Positions 1-14,866 of a stretch of DNA of 64,000 nt are shown piece after piece. A program made the translations under genes and the position numbers. The stretch is from Lytechinus pictus (Eukaryota). The stretch covers positions 9,054,001 to 9,118,000 of the forward strand of contig NC_087249.1 of the NCBI RefSeq assembly GCF_037042905.1. Direction: 5' to 3'. The notes under the pieces are model-generated. The model worked only from the letters and a program-made list of their open reading frames with translations. It did not search any database and had not been told where the DNA came from. Numbering within the stretch: position 1 is the first letter of the stretch; every line of letters begins with the position of its first letter.

Positions 1-3000
1 TTGTTGAAACACACAATCGGGGTCTGAAATTTTAGACTACCAGAGGCAATTGGGTATCATGTACTGTAGCTTCTTCAATCTGTGCATTGGCATAGTGAGT
101 GTTAAACATGTGCTGCCTAGACTTCTGTCAAGACTCATTTGTTAATTTAAGGATGGATGTTTATGCCTGCAAAGCACATTAGATGCAATCATTGGAAAGT
201 GAAGAGAACATAGAAAGACAGAAGGAATTGATGAACTCTTTTTCATCCTTTTTTAATAAATATTTTTAAAGTGAGATTTAAATGAAACTAACAAACATGA
301 GGGATGATTTTAGACAAATTTTTTCTTAGGATCCCAGTTCTGATAAGAATTGTAGCCATTTGGATATGCCTATTCAAATGGCAAAGGATTCTCCCCAACA
401 TGTAGGTGAAGGATAATTAATTCTTGGTCATTTTTTTTTCATTAAAAGAGTGAGGGGGGAAGAAAGGCAGAGAATATGAGGAGATAGAGATTGAGGGAGA
501 TGTCAGTGTTTTTTTTGTGTGCAGTTGTACTTATTTTACTGTAAATTAAATGCTTTGCTATGATGGCCAGCACAAAGGGCAATAATTATTTGGGGATTAC
601 TGGACAACCATATAACTGTACTAGCACAATAGGTAGGCCTACATGTTTTGCCTTCTTAAAATTTCACCAAAGTATCGACCAGCACTAGTTGTAAAAGCAG
701 GTAAAGAGTGTAATCTTATTAAGTCTTCCAACAAATCATGATGTATTTAAAAAAAAAAACAGAACTCACATAGCATTTGAGTGAAAACTAACTTTTTGAA
801 TTGTTCAATTGTTGTGAAGCCCTCAGTCAGACTGTATGAAACTTTTATGAATAAGAATTTTTTTTTTTGCTTTCATACATGAAGACATTTTTCATGATTT
901 GTTATTCAAAACATAGATTTTAAAATGTATATAATGCACAAAGTATTGTGGATTTTTTTACCTGTACATGTTTCGAAAGTATAATTCTGGGCTTAAAGAA
1001 TATCCCTTGAAGTCTAATACTTTGTTCATAGTAATCTCTTACTGGAAAGCAGTCAATTTTTTTTATTTTTGTGGGCTACTTTTTCACAAACTGCTGCCTA
1101 AATGTGAAGCAATGGCTATTAAAGCTTTTCCATTGCAGTGAATGTAGATTTCCCAGGGCTCTTTTTAGCATTTCAGGGGTAAATTACCCCGTGCCCCCTG
1201 TATTTTTCCACGAGTGAAAGTTTCCCTGTTGAACTGCTTCTTTTCCCCACCTGTGCCATTCGTACTACACATTTCACTGCTTTTCCCCCGCTTTAAGTTC
1301 AATGTGGAAGAGTTCAGTGTGAAAGGGGTATATTTTCTTTGCCAGTAAAGTTGAGTCTTGAGCTCAATGGGTATAGCGGAGAAGAATTCATTATGAAAGG
1401 GTATGAAGAGTGTAGCTGCATTGACTTCAATGTCATGTCTAGCTTTTTGACAAGGCCTTGCGACTTGGCTCTATTCTTCGTCAGTAGTGGCTTAGACGAG
1501 ACTAGCGGCCGACGAAGTGAATCGGCGATACCCGAGTGAGCGCGAGAGACTTAGCTCGAAATCCTCGCACTCACCCGGATTTTCGCGAATAGTCGTTTTT
1601 CAGTCGGTAGCTATGTGATATATTAATATCACAACAGACACAATGCCTTGTTTAAAGGCTATGTCACATCCGTCCTGGTATCAAGGAAAGTAGAATTTTT
1701 TCTCTTCCCCCTCTCTCCCTTCCTACCCCTCCCCTTGCTGTGACATTCAATGTCACTCCCTTTCCTGAAAATTCCGACCCTTGGGGCGACCTTGACTGTT
1801 ATCATGGCAACCAGTGACTCTGGAGTCCCCTAAAGGGGTGATTGATGATGTTTTGCTTGGGATCTGAAAGACATGATATTTTTACACAAGTGCAGAAGGC
1901 TTGGGAATCAGAAACGGCTTCTGTCATGTTGCCGACTTTCATGTGGTATGTTTTTTTTTTTTTAATTCGTGCCAATGGAATGGCCAGCATGATATTTAAA
2001 AAGAATATATCTCGGAATGAATGTGAATAATTTGAAGATAAACTGTATTTCATTATTTTCTACTGCACTCCCCCCATGTACATACTGTCTAATATGTTTG
2101 TGCTATGTTCCAAGAAATGGCGGAATCTACTGTAAGTAGATTGCTGTTCATTCGTTTATGGTAAAAAAAAATACACAGAAAATGCGGTTATTGATAAAAA
2201 AATCCAGCAAATAAACGTAGAAAAAAAGATGTGATCATGTTGCTTCAATACAGCCAGTCAACAAGTGTGAACATTGTTCACTCTCATTTGTTAATATATC
2301 CCAGTTATCTTTGAAGTGTCTACTTTGTTTACGATCTTTCTGTTATCCAAACAATTCTAGGTATATTTCTGGAGGTCAGTTAAGGTCACCCAGACTTCAA
2401 ACCTTGCTATTTTTCTTTCAAGCATCTTCACCAATAAAGTAGACTTCATACCTAGGTGGACTTTGTGGTTGAGTTGTTAATAGAGATGTACTCTCGGAGA
2501 TAAGACAAGACTGTATTGTTTGTTGAGTAAACCCTTTGTCTGGCCAAAGATTGCTTGTTAAAAGATGTTCTCTTCTAGACCTATCAACAATAGCGATAGT
2601 GCCGTCATTATTGTGAAACCGCAGGACTACTGCGTCAATGCGTGTGCGTGCAGGTGAGATGACGATTGCCCGGCATTGTCAAATGGAGAGTTGTTTGAGG
2701 GAATTTGCTTGATAATCTTTCTGTGGAGGGGGGATCCTGTGGTGAGTTGGATTGGATAATCTCTTTCAATGTCTATAGGGCTATATCATTTCTTTATGCT
2801 ACTTCTACATGTAATCCTTCTGTAGTAGTAGTCTATCACTTCAGCCTTTTTTATTCTACATGTAGATCTAAAAACAGTAAGAGAGTACTTTATTTTCTCC
2901 TTAGTTATTGATCAATTGATTTGTCGTGATACACGTGAGTGACTATAATTTTACATTCATCCATGGAAATGTCTGCAGAATTGCTGTAATACAACTTTCC

Positions 3001-3930
3001 AAATAGGTCTAATAATGGAAGGATTGATCTTAGGAAACAAAGAAATTTTATCAATCTGTATGTAACTGCCTATTCATTCACTCCTACATGTGTACATATA
3101 GCTACTCATTTAAAACAACACCTCCTTCATTATACATGTATGATGCTCATAATCAAGAAAGTATTGGGTTTTTTTATAGATGGTTTTGAAGCATCTAGTG
3201 GCTTTATTTAAATTTAATTTTTTTTTTGTTTCCAACTGACCACTATTATTGCACCAGTGCTTGATGTACAGTACTACTTTACTAACCACAGATAAAGTCA
3301 ATATGTCCATTGTTAAGTCATACAGTTGCTGTTTTCATTCTTTCTCAAGCGACACTTTATTTCCAATTGTCCAACGCAATCTGCTCTGTGGAGCGATTCA
3401 ACTCAGAAGTGTGCTTAATCCCCAGACGACACCACTCTGCTACACACGTACCCCATTCATTGAATTGTCCACGTTCTAAAGTGGTTGGATGCCGGAATTG
3501 CTGGCTACCCTATATAAACCTATTCTGGATCTATTTCCTCATGATGTCGTCTCCTTTTGACAGTTTTTAGTCAAAACATTTCGTGATGTTCCGCCTGTTT
3601 TTGGCAGAAGTGGTTGTTTATTTTGGAACATGGGAACATGTCTGCTCAGAACACATCTGAGGTAAGAACATGTTAATTGACAGACCTGTCTAAATCAACT
3701 GTATTGCAGTATTATGTAGCCTACACTGTATATAGTGCAACAATAGCAATGTGTAGGTCCAGGTACCTGTGGTTTTCTGTTAGAATAAATAGAATCCTAT
3801 TCGTGCTAAGATATTAGGCCTATAGGGTTCGCTCAGGTGTTTCAAAATAATGCACTAACACTTACTACACTGTACCATTGGAAAATATTTGTTAGGCAAC
3901 TCACAAGTTATCTTTATGGTATGAACAGCA

Positions 3931-4068
3931 AATAATAATAATCAGCTTTTATTTAGCACTTAATACATCGGAACGACGTGTCTAAGCGCTTTACAGATAT
4001 ATTATTACCCCGGTCATCGGATTCAATCAGTCATTCCCGCACACAATGTGTGCACATCCTCCACTCCC
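3931..4068 (-). mobile_element. SINE 3' fragment
   Basis: (AAT)n tail followed by ...gtctaagcgctttaca...attaccccgg, similar to the 3' ends of the SINEs at 25178 and 63640. Confidence 0.55.
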
Positions 4069-7000
4069 AGCACAGAAGCTGCATAAGCCTATTCACAGTC
4101 ATAACATGAGTTAAGTCTTGAGGGGAAGCTTGTTCTATTCAAGCCATTGAAAAATTCAATTATACCACGATTAGACTGTGTCAACAACAATTAAACGTAA
4201 TTATTGCAGCAGCTGTTCAAATTCATATAGGATTGTCTTGTCTTGACTTTGTCCAGGTGATATGGGAATTCCCCTTGAATTTTCAAACATACTTCCTTAA
4301 GATGTTATATGAAGTGAGAATTAGACAAATTCAATATTTCCTTCTATTCATTTTAAAGCACTGATAATGCATTTTCTTTAGCCAACCTTGTAATTATCTC
4401 GAGATAAATGGTTGATGAATTAAAAATATTTGATGATATTTCCTTGACTGTTCTGTATAGACTGTGTGGAGCATAAGCAGCAGTCATTCCTATTTACATT
4501 TGAAATAGGAACAATGGTTGCTGAATTCAAATTTGTTTCTGTCATCGAAAAGTTTGAATTGTTAGCAGAAGTTGGTAAATATCTTTTTTGGTACCGGTAG
4601 TTTTCTTTGAACCACGTAACTTGTATTTCAAATTTTGAATAAATATGTAGCTCTTTTGTTTCTAACAGCGTCCTTCTTTTCAAATACATGGGGGAAATAA
4701 GGGAAAAGGCGATTCCCTGTTTTAGGCTAATGGGAATTTAAGAATTAATTAGTATAATTATATGGAAAGAGCCAGACTTTCACAACTGCAAGAGTTTTGC
4801 AACTGCAGGAACCCGACTTACAAGGCCTTTCTCTCCTACCTGGGGAGTGTTTCACGAAGAATCTTGTTAGTGATAATAACTGACAAACTTGCTCTGAGCC
4901 AATGATATACCTGGATTTCAGTAGCTTATAGCAATATTCAGTAAAAGTATTTGTATAATGGAATGTTCCCTGTAGGTCTATGCTGCAGTTTCTCCAAGAT
5001 GCCTGCTGATCACATTGTTGTAATGGTTTCTGTATTCAGCAAGTCATTGGCAGTTGACACTGTAGGTCCATGTGCTGCCAATAAGCCAGTTCGTAGTTCC
5101 ACTCTGCGCATGATCAGAGGAAGGTCATTTGTACTAAAGTGACATGGTGGTTTAAAATTTAATGAGATAAGCACCAAATTCGATGTCTTGATTATTCATA
5201 TTTTCTTTTGAATTGTGTTTTTCATTCACATCCACAAAAAATGCGTCCACGAATGACTGGTATATTTCACAGTTTGCCAAGTACATTGTACAACATCCTC
5301 TAGTATGCATTCAAAGTAGAAATGCAACAAATAACTTCATAGAGTGTTCATTGATGTGCTATTCTAGTCGCCTGGTCTATTCAATTTCTTCATCCCGCTA
5401 TGTAAGGCATGCATACGTAATATCTTGCTTTGAAATCTACCTATCTTAATGAAAGAAATGAAAGGTCATTTGACCAAAATTGTCCCAGAAGTAACTAAGA
5501 ACTGGTCTATAGAGCTTGCTCCAAAGTTTCTTTTGAAAGAATGCTGAATGCTTTATGATCCCCTGTTGGAGTAATGATCTCTGTAAACCCATTACAGAGT
5601 CACTACACTCGGCCATTGTTCCGAAGCAGAATGATGGCGTATTCAGAGATCCTAAGTACCCATGAAAACATGTAGCTGTTGCTGAATCCAGTTTTGAGTG
5701 AGGTTAGCTTAGCGCTTCCCTTTTGTCCTCTCCTGACCTTGAAAACAAAGAAGGTTGCAGGCCTCTTGTTAACTCCTATTGTGTTCTCTTCCCCCCTGTC
5801 CCTTTGAGCAGGAGTTTCTGGAAAGGGAGTGTATCCATGTGAGGAGGATGATTGTCCCAATTTAGCCTTGAAGACAAAAGAATATCCTTCTCTTGTTAAA
5901 CCCTATTGTGTAGATTTCCCTCCAAAGTTGTGCAGTGGGGGTGCTGTTAAAAATGGCACATTGGTTGTGTATGTGTCTCTATGAAGTGATAATTGTTGAT
6001 CAAATCACTAATACTAACCCTGTTTAGTACGCCAATGTGATAAATAAGCACTAGGTGGGGGGGGGGGGTACTCTAGTGGACTTAGTCTCATTTCCCCAAA
6101 TGGCCTAAAATACAAAACTAAGTCATAAAGCTAAGAGTATGGTCATGCGCTGACTATTGGAAGAAAGTCTTTCAGTGTGATCAGGATGGGGCTATGATGC
6201 ACCTGCATGTGTATGCTGTTGATTTTGGAATGTACTGTACACAGAAATGAATGTTTGGGACTAGGTATTTTTTTAAATCAACCACAAGGGTACCCTTAAT
6301 CCTTTGCAATTTATTCATTTATTTTTTATTTTTTATTTTTGTGTGCAAACTTGTAAAGAGTTTGAGAGTTTATTTATTCCAGTTTTCACTGTTTCTTTAT
6401 ATCTTGAATTTCTCTTTAGTCAGAATATTAATAAAAACATTGTTATGATAATGTTGAATCAAATCTTGCTGTAATAGTTGATGAAAGCCTATGAGATTTG
6501 TTTCATCCATATGATTATGTGATTTGATGTTAATTGTTATATTCATTTTCTCTAAAGAATGTACATAAAAACCAGCCTTTTATGTGATTACAGAACTACT
6601 TGAAAATATTAATACTAATGATTCATCCAACAACAAACTTTATTTCCTGTTACCCAAAATAATAACTCTAGAATGAAATGAACCCATTTTTAAAGGTCAA
6701 ATTTTTGTTGTCTTCTGCCCATGGTCATAAAAGTTGAGTAATTTGTTAATTGAAATTCCGATCGATTCACTTTGACTAAATTACCCATAACTCAGAGTTG
6801 GAAAGCACATTAGACTTAATGTCTATGGAAATTACAGTTTTGAATTATATGATTGTGATTTAAATAGGATTGGAGAAAAAGGGGTGAAGTTCCAAATTTA
6901 AACAAAAAAATCTGGTCTTCTATTAACAAATGAGTACCTGTCCTGATCGGAATAATAGAAATTGATCATTCACAATTCCCTACGGACCTCTAGGACACAG

Positions 7001-7254
7001 GTGCAGTCCCACACATTTTATTTCATGTCTGTAGCTGTGGCAACATTTAATCAAAGTGAGACAGATTGGAGCATGGTCTGCAAGTATCATGAGCTGTCAT
7101 CTCCGGGGCTTGTTGATAAGAGTATTGGGTTTCATCATGTGTCATCCAGGGCCTTATATCTGCCATGGTGTTCACAAGAAAGGATAAGGTTTCGTAGAAG
7201 GGGTAGTGAACTGACTGATAATGTGTGTTTTCTTCTCATTGATTGTGCGGTATA

Positions 7255-7409
7255 GAATATTATCATCATTATTATCAGCAGCAGCAGCAGCATCATTATC
7301 ATCATCACTATCATCATCATCTTCATCATCATCATCTTCATTATCATCTTCATCAGCATCATCATCATCATCCATTCATGATCATCATCATCAGCAGCAT
7401 CATCGTCAT
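7255..7409. repeat. Imperfect (ATC)n/(CAG)n microsatellite
   Basis: Runs of atcatc and cagcag; it explains the poly-H/D/S/M ORFs in the track. Confidence 0.95.
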
Positions 7410-7412
7410 TTA

Positions 7413-7573
7413 TACCTCAGTCACATTTGCTCCACCGCGGCCATTGGGCGAGTCGAAAACAATGGTCTTAACATTTATTGTAACAGTTACATATAGGTGC
7501 TTGAATAAAAATGAATAAAACAACTTTTTTTGACTCACAATATGGCCGCCGTATAGCAAATGTGACCGAGGTA
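7413..7573. mobile_element. Small MITE, PIF/Harbinger-like
   Basis: TIR TACCTCAGTCACATTTGCT / AGCAAATGTGACCGAGGTA, flanked by TTA and TAA. Confidence 0.65.
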
Positions 7574-10500
7574 TAAGATGTGATTAAACTGCATTTTGAT
7601 GATGCTCTAAATGAAAGTCTGCTCGTTACTATTTCCTTGTATCATTTGTTCAATGCCCGCTGGAGAATCATAATTGAAAAAAAGAAAAATTCTTATTCAT
7701 TCCTTATTAGGCTTCAGGCTATAGTGTTCCAGAGCTTTTAAGAGATGCGTGTCAAGTCATTGATAATTAATTATATGCCCTCTGAAAAAAAAAAGACAAT
7801 CAGATACCGGTATTCTCAACTTGAGCTACCCGTGTGCAAAAACATGTACACGCTGCAGACGTTTCTATTTCTCTTGGCATTATTTTGTTGGTAATAATAT
7901 TGCTTTGCAACAGATTTATTCCCCGTTTGTACTCTGTATTATGTGCTCTTCATTGTTCATGAATGTTTCATGGGCTTTTCATTTCACTCGATACTGCTTC
8001 TATTTACTTATCCTATCTATTCATTCCGTAACACACCTCTTCTTCCCTTATATCCTACCCTGGTGTTACCAGTGGCAACATCAGCGACACTCGTATTACC
8101 TCGGATAGACCTTAATGTTGCATCATCTTTATCCCTATCACGCCAAGGTGTTGCTCCGATCCCGATGACCCCTGGGGCTTTTGAGAGCTTGCATTTCGGA
8201 AATGAAGTGGAAAGAAATGTGAATAAATGCCTCCCAAGTTGACATTTAGAACCGTCAGGAGCTCGATCGGATCTGGGGGCTGAAATGTGCGATAAGCAAA
8301 TCCTGTTAATGAAATTGCCCGAGGGGTGGCTTATTCCTGCTCATCACAAGACACTAAGTATGCATTAGGATCGGAAAGCATCTTTATATCCGTTGCCTCG
8401 CTGTCGTCATCGGTCTTCAGTTTAAAAAAAATAATAATAAGCGCCAGAAAGATACATGAAGTTAATGTGGAGAATGTCAAAATGGCGCACCTGTATCAAC
8501 AAGGCCTGCTAGATTTGCTTTCCAATTATCACCCCGGTGAAATGTGATTAAAATTCCCTGCGTTTTCTGCAGCCCTGCTCAGATTGCGAAGGGGTATCCA
8601 ATGTTCTGACCCTTGACCCCTTGATTGATTTGACGAGTCGAGATGCAGGTGATAAAAGGCTGTTGGTACCGTATCTTTGATAATGAAACGTTGACAGAGA
8701 GGTATGGGGAAGAGGTAATTTTAGAATGTAAAATTTGCTCTCACCTTTTTGTGTCAAATTAGTTGCCAATTTGAGGATGTTTGAAGAAAGATGAAATCGG
8801 AAAGTAAGATGAAACCTTTTGTTATGTTAGTCTCATATAAAAAGGCACGGATTAACCATAATTGTCTTGAAAAAAAATATTAGTAGAAAGGAAAAGGTGG
8901 ATAGTTTATAGCATAATCATTATACTTCCAATCTTAACCTTTGAAAATTAAACTTAAGATAATTCTTGAAACATGTGGGCCTTCACCAAAGACTATCACA
9001 ATTACAACTTGCTGTTTGAATGAGAGGAACCTTCTGTACACAGGTCATTATAGGCTGCTCATCCAGTCAGGGGTGTGCACAGCAGACTACCTAGCTTTCG
9101 CATTATTCAGATTTTTAGACCAAATGTTATTGGACCAAATGGCACTAGACCAAGCTGCTATAAGCCCCATCTATTCGTTTGCAATTCATAATGGATATCA
9201 TTTGATGTGTATTGATTTCTGTCACCCTATACCCTTGAGATTCAAGCGATGTTGGCTTTAGACGAGTATTGTGCTTGATGGGAAATTAGCTGTGTGCATA
9301 TTGATAGTGATCAGCGTGTGTGTATGCTTATTTTTCAATCGGCAAAGTCTAATCGATTCTTCTGTAAAGCTGCCAGCGGAACTGCGCTGCAGGCAAAGAG
9401 ATTGAATTGATTTCATATCAACACACTAAGTTGACTCATTCAAGCATGGCAGTATTACAGCTATTCAGTTTATTCTTAGAAGTGATATCAATTATGTGCA
9501 AGGTTATATTAGGAAAATCGCACTTGTAATTTCTATCCTTCAAAATGTTAAATGTGATTCATTTCTTGATGAATCATGATGAATTGTGTATTTTGTGGAT
9601 TTAATTGTGTTATATCCACTATATGTAGTCATTGAAATTGTTACACCCCAAGAAAGTAAACAAGATATTGATTTTAAAAAACATTTGTTTTGGATTAAGC
9701 TTTCCAAATCCAAATCCAAAAAACCAATATTCACAATCATGTCAATTATGTTTGTTGGAGGAATAGATTACAATTTCTCTCTCAGTTTCTGACTCGAATT
9801 GCATGACACAAAGGGATGTATTATTTTAAGGTTAATGTAATTGTGTCATTATCAGCATTATATTTCAAATTTGGCATTTAATTTTGTAAGTACTTAAATG
9901 GATTAGTCACTGTGAGGACAGTTTTCAATTAGTTCATAGAGCTAAAGTGTGGGGGGGTGCTAGGAGGGAGAAGGAAAGAGATGAAGATGCAGATGAAGCA
10001 AAAGTGTCATTGATAACTGGTCTTTCATTTCCCAGCATGCATTGAGATTAGCAGATAAACACACACAGAGACCCCAGCTCCCCACACTCGTGTAATAATG
10101 CTAATTGCCCGACATGATGCGAGGCATGCATCGTGCAAAATGATGCGATAATAGCATGTGGTCAATTGGCTGCGTAAACTTGTATGGATTTTAATTTTTT
10201 GAGCTGAGCGGAATGGCCTCCGAGAGAAATATGCGCTGGGTGAGGGCATTGTTCTGGTATGAAGGTCAATTAGCCACGATGAGCATCGCTTTAGAAGTTG
10301 AAAATATCAATAGTGAAAGGGATTGTTTGCTGTTTGTGGAGGGAAGTGATTAAAAGAGAGAAATGTATGGGAGGGATGGTGAGAGAAGTGGGAGGGGGGT
10401 GTCGAGGGCGTGAGGGGTGGGATGAGGGAGGGGTAGGTGAGGGAAGGAAAGAGATGGTTTTGCAAAATGGGAAATTTTGAACCTGAACTACATATACAAA

Positions 10501-13500
10501 ATATGAATACATAATCATTTTTTGGAGGAGGAAATTATGAATGTATCTACCTTGTAAGGATGATGGATGAAAGAAAGAGAGAGAGGGAGTTTATAATAAA
10601 GAACAAAAATGATAGAAAGGGATTAAAATATAACCTATAAAAGTTAAAATAGGCAAGATGACAAGTTAGAGACAGATGTGTCTGTGTGTCAGAGACTTGA
10701 TGGATGGGCCGATGAAGGACAGAAAGAGTAAGGAAAGATGAAGAAGTAAATGGAGGAGGAGGAGGTGGAGAAGATGGAAAGGTAGAATATGAAAAATTAG
10801 GAGGAAGGCAGAAATAGATAGAGAATGAGAGAGAGAGACAGAGATAAAGGATAATAAGATCTAGGATAATCATTGTCATTATTGATTTCTACATTACATC
10901 GCTGCTGCCTCCAATTTTCTCATGCGGAGATACGGCCGTTGTGATTGGATGGTTTACGCAGCCCATCAGATTTTGGCCTGCTTGCCCTTTCACACCGCCT
11001 CAAATGACCGTCCTCGACCAAAATTGAAAAGCACGTCTAATGATGAGGCATGAGGATGAGATCGGGAGTGAGATAAATAATGGGATGATAGCTATCGCGT
11101 ACATTAATAGAGCTTCTGCATTTACGGGAGTCGTCGCTGGCTGCCTGTTTGCGCCAAGGACATGTATGACTACTGCAATGGTATGTGATAAGCTCTTTGT
11201 AGCTCTGAATTATGCACAGCGCAGTCATTTCCAGGCCATGCTATTTTTGTATCTTTTGTAATGGTTGCTGTTTATCACACAGACTGTATTCAAGTTTCCA
11301 CACAGAAATGTTGAAAGGAATGCCTGATGTTCGTCTGGACTGATCTGTTTATTGTGTTGTCTGCGATGAGGGCCGTTTACTCATAATATATCATTTGGTT
11401 ATTACTCTTTACAGTTACATGTTTTAATTGTATGGTTGATTTTAATGTATGACGATAGTAATTTAGATCACTTCCTGAAGATTACTTTACATGCATACTC
11501 TCCGATTGAGGTCAGTTACTAATATTTGCATTGAACTGTATGAATGTAATTTATAGTTGTGGTAAAGATATCAACATGTGTTAGAATGAAGCAACAAATT
11601 GACAACTGAAATGTTTGTATATACATGTGTGGATAAAAACTTGTGTGCCTCATGATTATGTCAGATTAATTGCCCAGTATCATGTGAAATGAGCATGACA
11701 TTCTTTTATATCTCCCCCCCCAAATTATAATAAATACATGTGCCCATGTGTACTATCCTGTGTTATTAATGTTCAGCATGATATGCAAGGGGTTTCAATG
11801 TAGATCCATTATTGCACAGCATTTGGTTTGCAGAAACTCTGTAAAACTTACTTGATCTCTTCCTATGTTGAAGTTAATGATGGTTTTAAGGACTCAATCT
11901 TAAAATTTATGCTCCCTGCGACTCCCTGAGTTTCAGTTCAGAGAAAATTTTCAGATCTCAATTATTGAAAATTTTATGTGCATGAGGGTTCAAAACTTGG
12001 GAGTTACCATCTCAAAAATCTAGTATACTGTGTCCTGTGGTCCACATATAATACATTGACAGCTAACCTAAATTCATATTGAGCATTGTTGATTGACCAC
12101 GGTAATGGTGCAACTTAGAAGATTCTACTTGAATAGATGGGTGTAATTGTGACCGTCTTGACCCAATTTTCAGAAGATTTCACCATCTGCTCCTGTTAGA
12201 ATTAACAGAAGGACCTGCCCGTTGCCAAACCAGGATGTGATTCTCGTTGATGGACATCTTACTTTCAATGTCTTGAGCCATTGTCCAGCTCTCAGTGAGC
12301 AAGGGAGTTTCAGTTTCAGAATGAATTACAATACGGATGTAACACTGTTCTAATATCTGTGCTATTGCCGCACCCAAGACAGTGCTTTGATTTACATCCT
12401 GTTAGTGATGGCAAGGATGAATTTAAAGGGAATTTGTCTAAAGTAATTTGTCAGAACCTGTGAATCGGTAGAGCATTTTTTTCCCTTTATTTTCCTTACC
12501 TAAATGAATTCATGGTAAAACCCCCTCCATTTGTTGGATGATAATCAAATTAATCAAGACCATCAGCTTAACTCAAGTGTCTCATTTTGACTGTGGGCGA
12601 TTCCTGTACTTGTTTTCTTTGTTGTTTTTGCAAATGCATAGCCTATTGTGTATTTGTATTGTATTTTGTGTTATAGGTGTATCCCGTCACAAGCTTTTGC
12701 TTTCAGGGAAGTATATGCTTTCTTCTATTAATAAATATGATATATATATGTATTTTTTAACAATTGATTTTGTATAATTCATATTGAAAAATCATCTTTT
12801 GTGAAAAACAGAAGAAAATAAATGTTTATTTGAATTGAATTGAATTGAATTGCCTCATGAATTCTTAATAACAAGAAATTATATTTATTGGGTCATGGGT
12901 CATGAGTCCATCTGCTTTTTTTTGTCTTATGTTTTTTTTGGGTGTGTTTTAGGATGTGCAACTCAAGTTCCATTGACCCTACAGCTATGACGCTTAGTAG
13001 ATTATTAGCTATATTCAGCTTAATTGAAATGATACCGAATTTGTTGGAATAGCCCCCTTTGGTTTTGAAAATAATTAAGAATAACTCCAGGAATGAACCA
13101 AAATATGTAACAGCGCCACCCTCTTTGGTGGACAACTTAAGGGTGCACGGCCCTAGTCTAGTTCTTAAATAGGATGACCTCAAGCAGTTTGAGTTTAAAT
13201 GCTGTGTTATTCATAGAAATATTTACCAATGGGTTTATCAGGGTCAGATGTGTAGTTACTTGAAGAACAAGTTCTCTTTGGGTTAGTGTATTCTTTCCAG
13301 AGTTGCTTGGAGAACATACTATTTGCATTAAAATGAAACCCCTTTAGGCCTATATTTATAAGTTTACACATTTGAAAGGTTGACGTATACCTATAATGTA
13401 AATGGCTATGTAGAATCACCTATTTTATTTAATATATTTTGGTCTTATAATTATACTTCATAAAAACAATGGTCTGTGTCAAAGATGTAACAGTAATTCA

Positions 13501-14593
13501 AAATGTTATGCTTTACTATGTACAGACAGGAGTTCTTTGACTTGGTTCCAAATTGAGGTTACCCAGTTATATGAAGGTGTCTTTTGTGACTATTCCTATA
13601 GCTCTGACTGGATGTAGTCACTTTGCAAAAGCATTGAGAATATTAACACACATACACGCAGGGGGTATGCTTCCCACGCTCACTCGACTCGCGTCATCAT
13701 CGACTGCACTAATTGCAGTGTGTCTAAATCCCTGGTCTAGTTGATTAAGACTGATTAGGTTCTCATTCATCAGATCAACGGCCTTTGTCTCTGTTCCATC
13801 CAGGCCATTGACTTTGGCTTCTATCTTGGTATCGGGTTTTATGAGCTTCAATTAGGACCAGATCCTCAAGGGTGCTTCAGTTTCAGGAGATTTTCACCCA
13901 GACATATGTGTAGAATTAGGTCTGCTTATGTAGCTAGCTGGTGGGACAGGATGACTTACAGGGTAGGAGTATCTGGTTGGCAGAAATCTATTTCAATAAA
14001 CTGACATTGCAGTGAAACCTTTCAATGAAGACTAAGTAGCCATAGCTGACAATAAATTCATTTGAAATATAAAGTGTCTTTAAGAACAGGTTTCTTTCTT
14101 AAATGCTGTTCATTCAAGTTGTTTAGAGAACATGGTCTTTATGAACAGCTGTTTTCTTGTAGGACTGAGTCTTTTTCATATGACCTATGCAAGCCCAACA
14201 AAGAAACTAAATTGTATTTTCTACCTTTCTATAATATCTTTTTATATACATGTTTCTATGTGACCGACCAACGGCTTAACCCCGAACATGCGGGATCATC
14301 AATTAGCTCCACCAAATATACATAAAGCCCATATGCCTTCTCTGGCAAGATAAAGAGTTGACATCTATCCTTTTTTTTGTAACTTAATTGGATATCATTA
14401 TTACAAATATTATTTTTTTAAATAAAAGTGAAATGTGTATTATGAAAAGTGGATATTACGAACACATATCTGTACTTCTCTTCAAGAGTTTTCTGTTTTT
14501 ACTTGTTGACAGTGGGCTGAAGACACAAGAACTTGATATGTTCCAATTCGTTTTCATGTATGAAGGATATTTCAGTGTGTTTTATTATTCCTG

Positions 14594-14866
14594 GGCCCCG
14601 TCTTATAAAGAGTTGCGATTGATTTGATCAATCGCAACTATGGACGGCCAGCAACGTCAACATCTATTATGCATGTTTGTTCAAGATATTTTCTAGCTAT
14701 GATGCATATTTATGCATTAATTGTTTTCTTAAAAAAAATTCACTGTGCTTCTCTTTGTTTACAAACGACATTGAGCAAATTTCCTTTAGAAAAATTTATG
14801 ACACTGATGGATTTCCATAGAGTTACAATTGATTAGTTCAATCGTAACTCTTTGTAAGATGGGCCC
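14594..14866. mobile_element. MITE, PIF/Harbinger-like
   Basis: TIR GGCCCCGTCTTATAAAGAGTTGCGATTGA / TCAATCGTAACTCTTTGTAAGATGGGCCC with a 3-bp CTG duplication. Confidence 0.75.

Noticed and set aside
2579..2741. Possible exon with acceptor at 2578 and donors after 2653 or 2741
   Set aside because: I found no reading that joins 15917 in phase 0 from a start codon. It may be a UTR exon but cannot be supported from sequence alone.
12590..12852. Possible LINE 3' end with AATAAA and a (TTGAA)n tail
   Set aside because: No adjacent reverse-transcriptase remnant was recognised, so the evidence is too thin to call.
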